This document shows, piece by piece, positions 31,201-32,000 of a stretch of 32,000 bases of DNA (positions within the stretch are counted from its first letter, which is position 1; each line of letters starts with the position of its first letter). Source of the DNA: Acaryochloris marina MBIC11017. GTDB lineage: Bacteria > Cyanobacteriota > Cyanobacteriia > Thermosynechococcales > Thermosynechococcaceae. The stretch is from contig NC_009926.1 of assembly GCF_000018105.1 (NCBI RefSeq), forward strand, positions 210,001-242,000, given 5' to 3'. Position numbers and translations under genes: made by a program. The notes beneath the pieces were generated by a model. That model ran no database searches and was not told the DNA's origin. It worked only from the letters and a program-made list of their open reading frames with translations.

Positions 31201-32000
31201 CCCAAATACATGGTGCCTGCGGTCTTCGTGCGACTAGAGGCTCTCCCGCTCAATCCAAATGGCAAAGTCGATCGGCAGGCGCTACCCGCACCGGATACGT
31301 TGCGGCCTGCCCTGGCCGAGACCTTTGTGGCTCCCCGTAATTCGACTGAGACTTGCCTGGTTCAGGTGTTTGCTGACGTGCTTGAGGTCAAGCAAGTGGG
31401 AGTTCACGATGACTTCTTTGAGTTGGGGGGGCACTCTCTGCTAGCCACTAAGCTGATTGCTCGGTTGTTGAAAGATTTTCAAATCGAGTTGGCGATCGCA
31501 GATTTGTTCGAGTCCCCCACGGTTGCCGGTTTGGCTGAACGCATTGAGTCGCTGCGGCAGGCATCTGGTTCTCAATCAGCCTCCCAGGAGGCTACCCATC
31601 AAACTATCGCAGCGTTCCTCAAAGCTGAAGCCGTCCTCGACCCCACCATTCGCCCAGCACCCGGATCGAGTCGGGCGATCGCTCCAGCCTGTGGCATCTT
31701 CTTAACTGGAGCCACCGGATTTCTTGGCGCTTTTCTACTCGCGGAACTGCTGCAACAAACCACTGCCAAAATCTATTGTTTGGTTCGCTCACACTCGCAA
31801 GCATCAGCCCAACACAAGCTGCAAGCTAGCCTGACATCCTATCAGCTCTGGCATGATGCCTGGCAATCTCGCATTATTCCCATCGTTGGCGATTTAGCTC
31901 AACCCCGTTTAGGCCTCACTGAATCGCAGTTTCAGGCTCTGGCTCGTGATGCTGACATGATTTACCACAGTGGCGCATGGGTACACCATGCCTCGCCCTA
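28090..32000 (+). CDS. NRPS termination module, 3'-truncated by the window edge: TubC-type docking-C-A-T-R (thioester reductase)
   Basis: This ORF is missing from the supplied track because no stop occurs before nt 32000. I translated frame 1 from ATG 28090 and found no stop in 1303 codons. Translation begins [22 protein letters not shown]. Later motifs are [121 protein letters not shown] and MIYHSGAW. Confidence 0.93.
   Translation, partial: [1303 protein letters not shown]
28345..29634 (+). other. Condensation domain (LCL-like), C3 variant HHIISDAWS
   Basis: [35 protein letters not shown] (28744-28767), [31 protein letters not shown]. Confidence 0.88.
29722..31290 (+). other. Adenylation domain, specificity unassigned (hand-derived code DAPTLGAVNK)
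   Basis: The code comes from FDASVPE / ITAPPSA / LVGGEA / [11 protein letters not shown]. The domain carries a diverged copy of the A6-A7 insert. Confidence 0.8.
30802..30930 (+). repeat. Diverged in-frame insert at the same A6-A7 position ([43 protein letters not shown])
   Basis: GATTTTGGATTGCC is at the 5' end. It continues ...CTCCAAACTCCAAAATCCCT...AAATCCAGAATCAACTCGTTTATACAAAAC, collinear with the 10576-10695 element. Confidence 0.6.
31336..31539 (+). other. Thiolation domain
   Basis: [18 protein letters not shown]. Confidence 0.9.
31687..32000 (+). other. Terminal thioester reductase (R/TD) domain, N-terminal part only
   Basis: The Rossmann motif is [19 protein letters not shown]. It is followed by [19 protein letters not shown] and [13 protein letters not shown]. 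The domain is truncated by the window end. Confidence 0.85.

Overview
The window is almost entirely coding, all on the + strand. It is one co-directional hybrid NRPS/PKS assembly line that runs off both window edges. The host looks cyanobacterial: I counted about 32 perfect copies of the HIP1 octamer GCGATCGC by eye, against roughly one expected by chance.

Gene order:
1. 5'-truncated NRPS, ...Cy-A(Cys, code DLYNLSLIWK)-T, with an FMN-oxidase (Ox) domain inserted inside the A domain. This is a thiazole-forming module.
2. PKS, KS-AT(malonyl, HAFH)-KR-ACP.
3. NRPS, C-A(Gly)-T-C-A(unassigned)-T-E.
4. Free-standing DCL-type C domain.
5. EctB/PvdH/Dat-family diaminobutyrate:2-oxoglutarate transaminase.
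6. 3082-aa NRPS, [C-terminal-lobe-only C remnant]-A(Dab-like code)-T-C-A(Gly)-T-C-A(Gly)-T.
7. An ORF absent from the supplied track because it has no stop before the window end (28090->32000): TubC-type docking domain-C-A-T-R (thioester reductase).

Genes 2/3, 4/5 and 6/7 overlap, and genes 3/4 are 5 nt apart, so they look translationally coupled. I saw no rRNA, tRNA, CRISPR array or transposase.

Most interesting observations:
- A 1,745-nt perfect direct repeat places the same Gly A domain in two different modules. Weaker gene-conversion tracts elsewhere in the cluster accompany it.
- The Dab module looks caught in mid-rearrangement. A complete C domain carrying a stub of C-A linker is followed by the Dab-supply gene, and then by an NRPS that starts with half a C domain lacking HHxxxDG. 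An AT-richer tract coincides with this region.
- A MITE-like palindromic element (GATTTTGGATT...AATCCAAAATC) sits in frame in the A6-A7 loop of four A domains. A near-identical paralogue lacks it and serves as an empty site. Related motifs occur in the 279-bp intergenic spacer.
- Reductive release combined with a free Dab side-chain amine suggests a peptide aldehyde or a cyclic imine.

I do not recognise the predicted product. It would be (upstream units)-thiazole-C2(beta-OH)-Gly-D-Xaa-Dab-Gly-Gly-Xaa-H.
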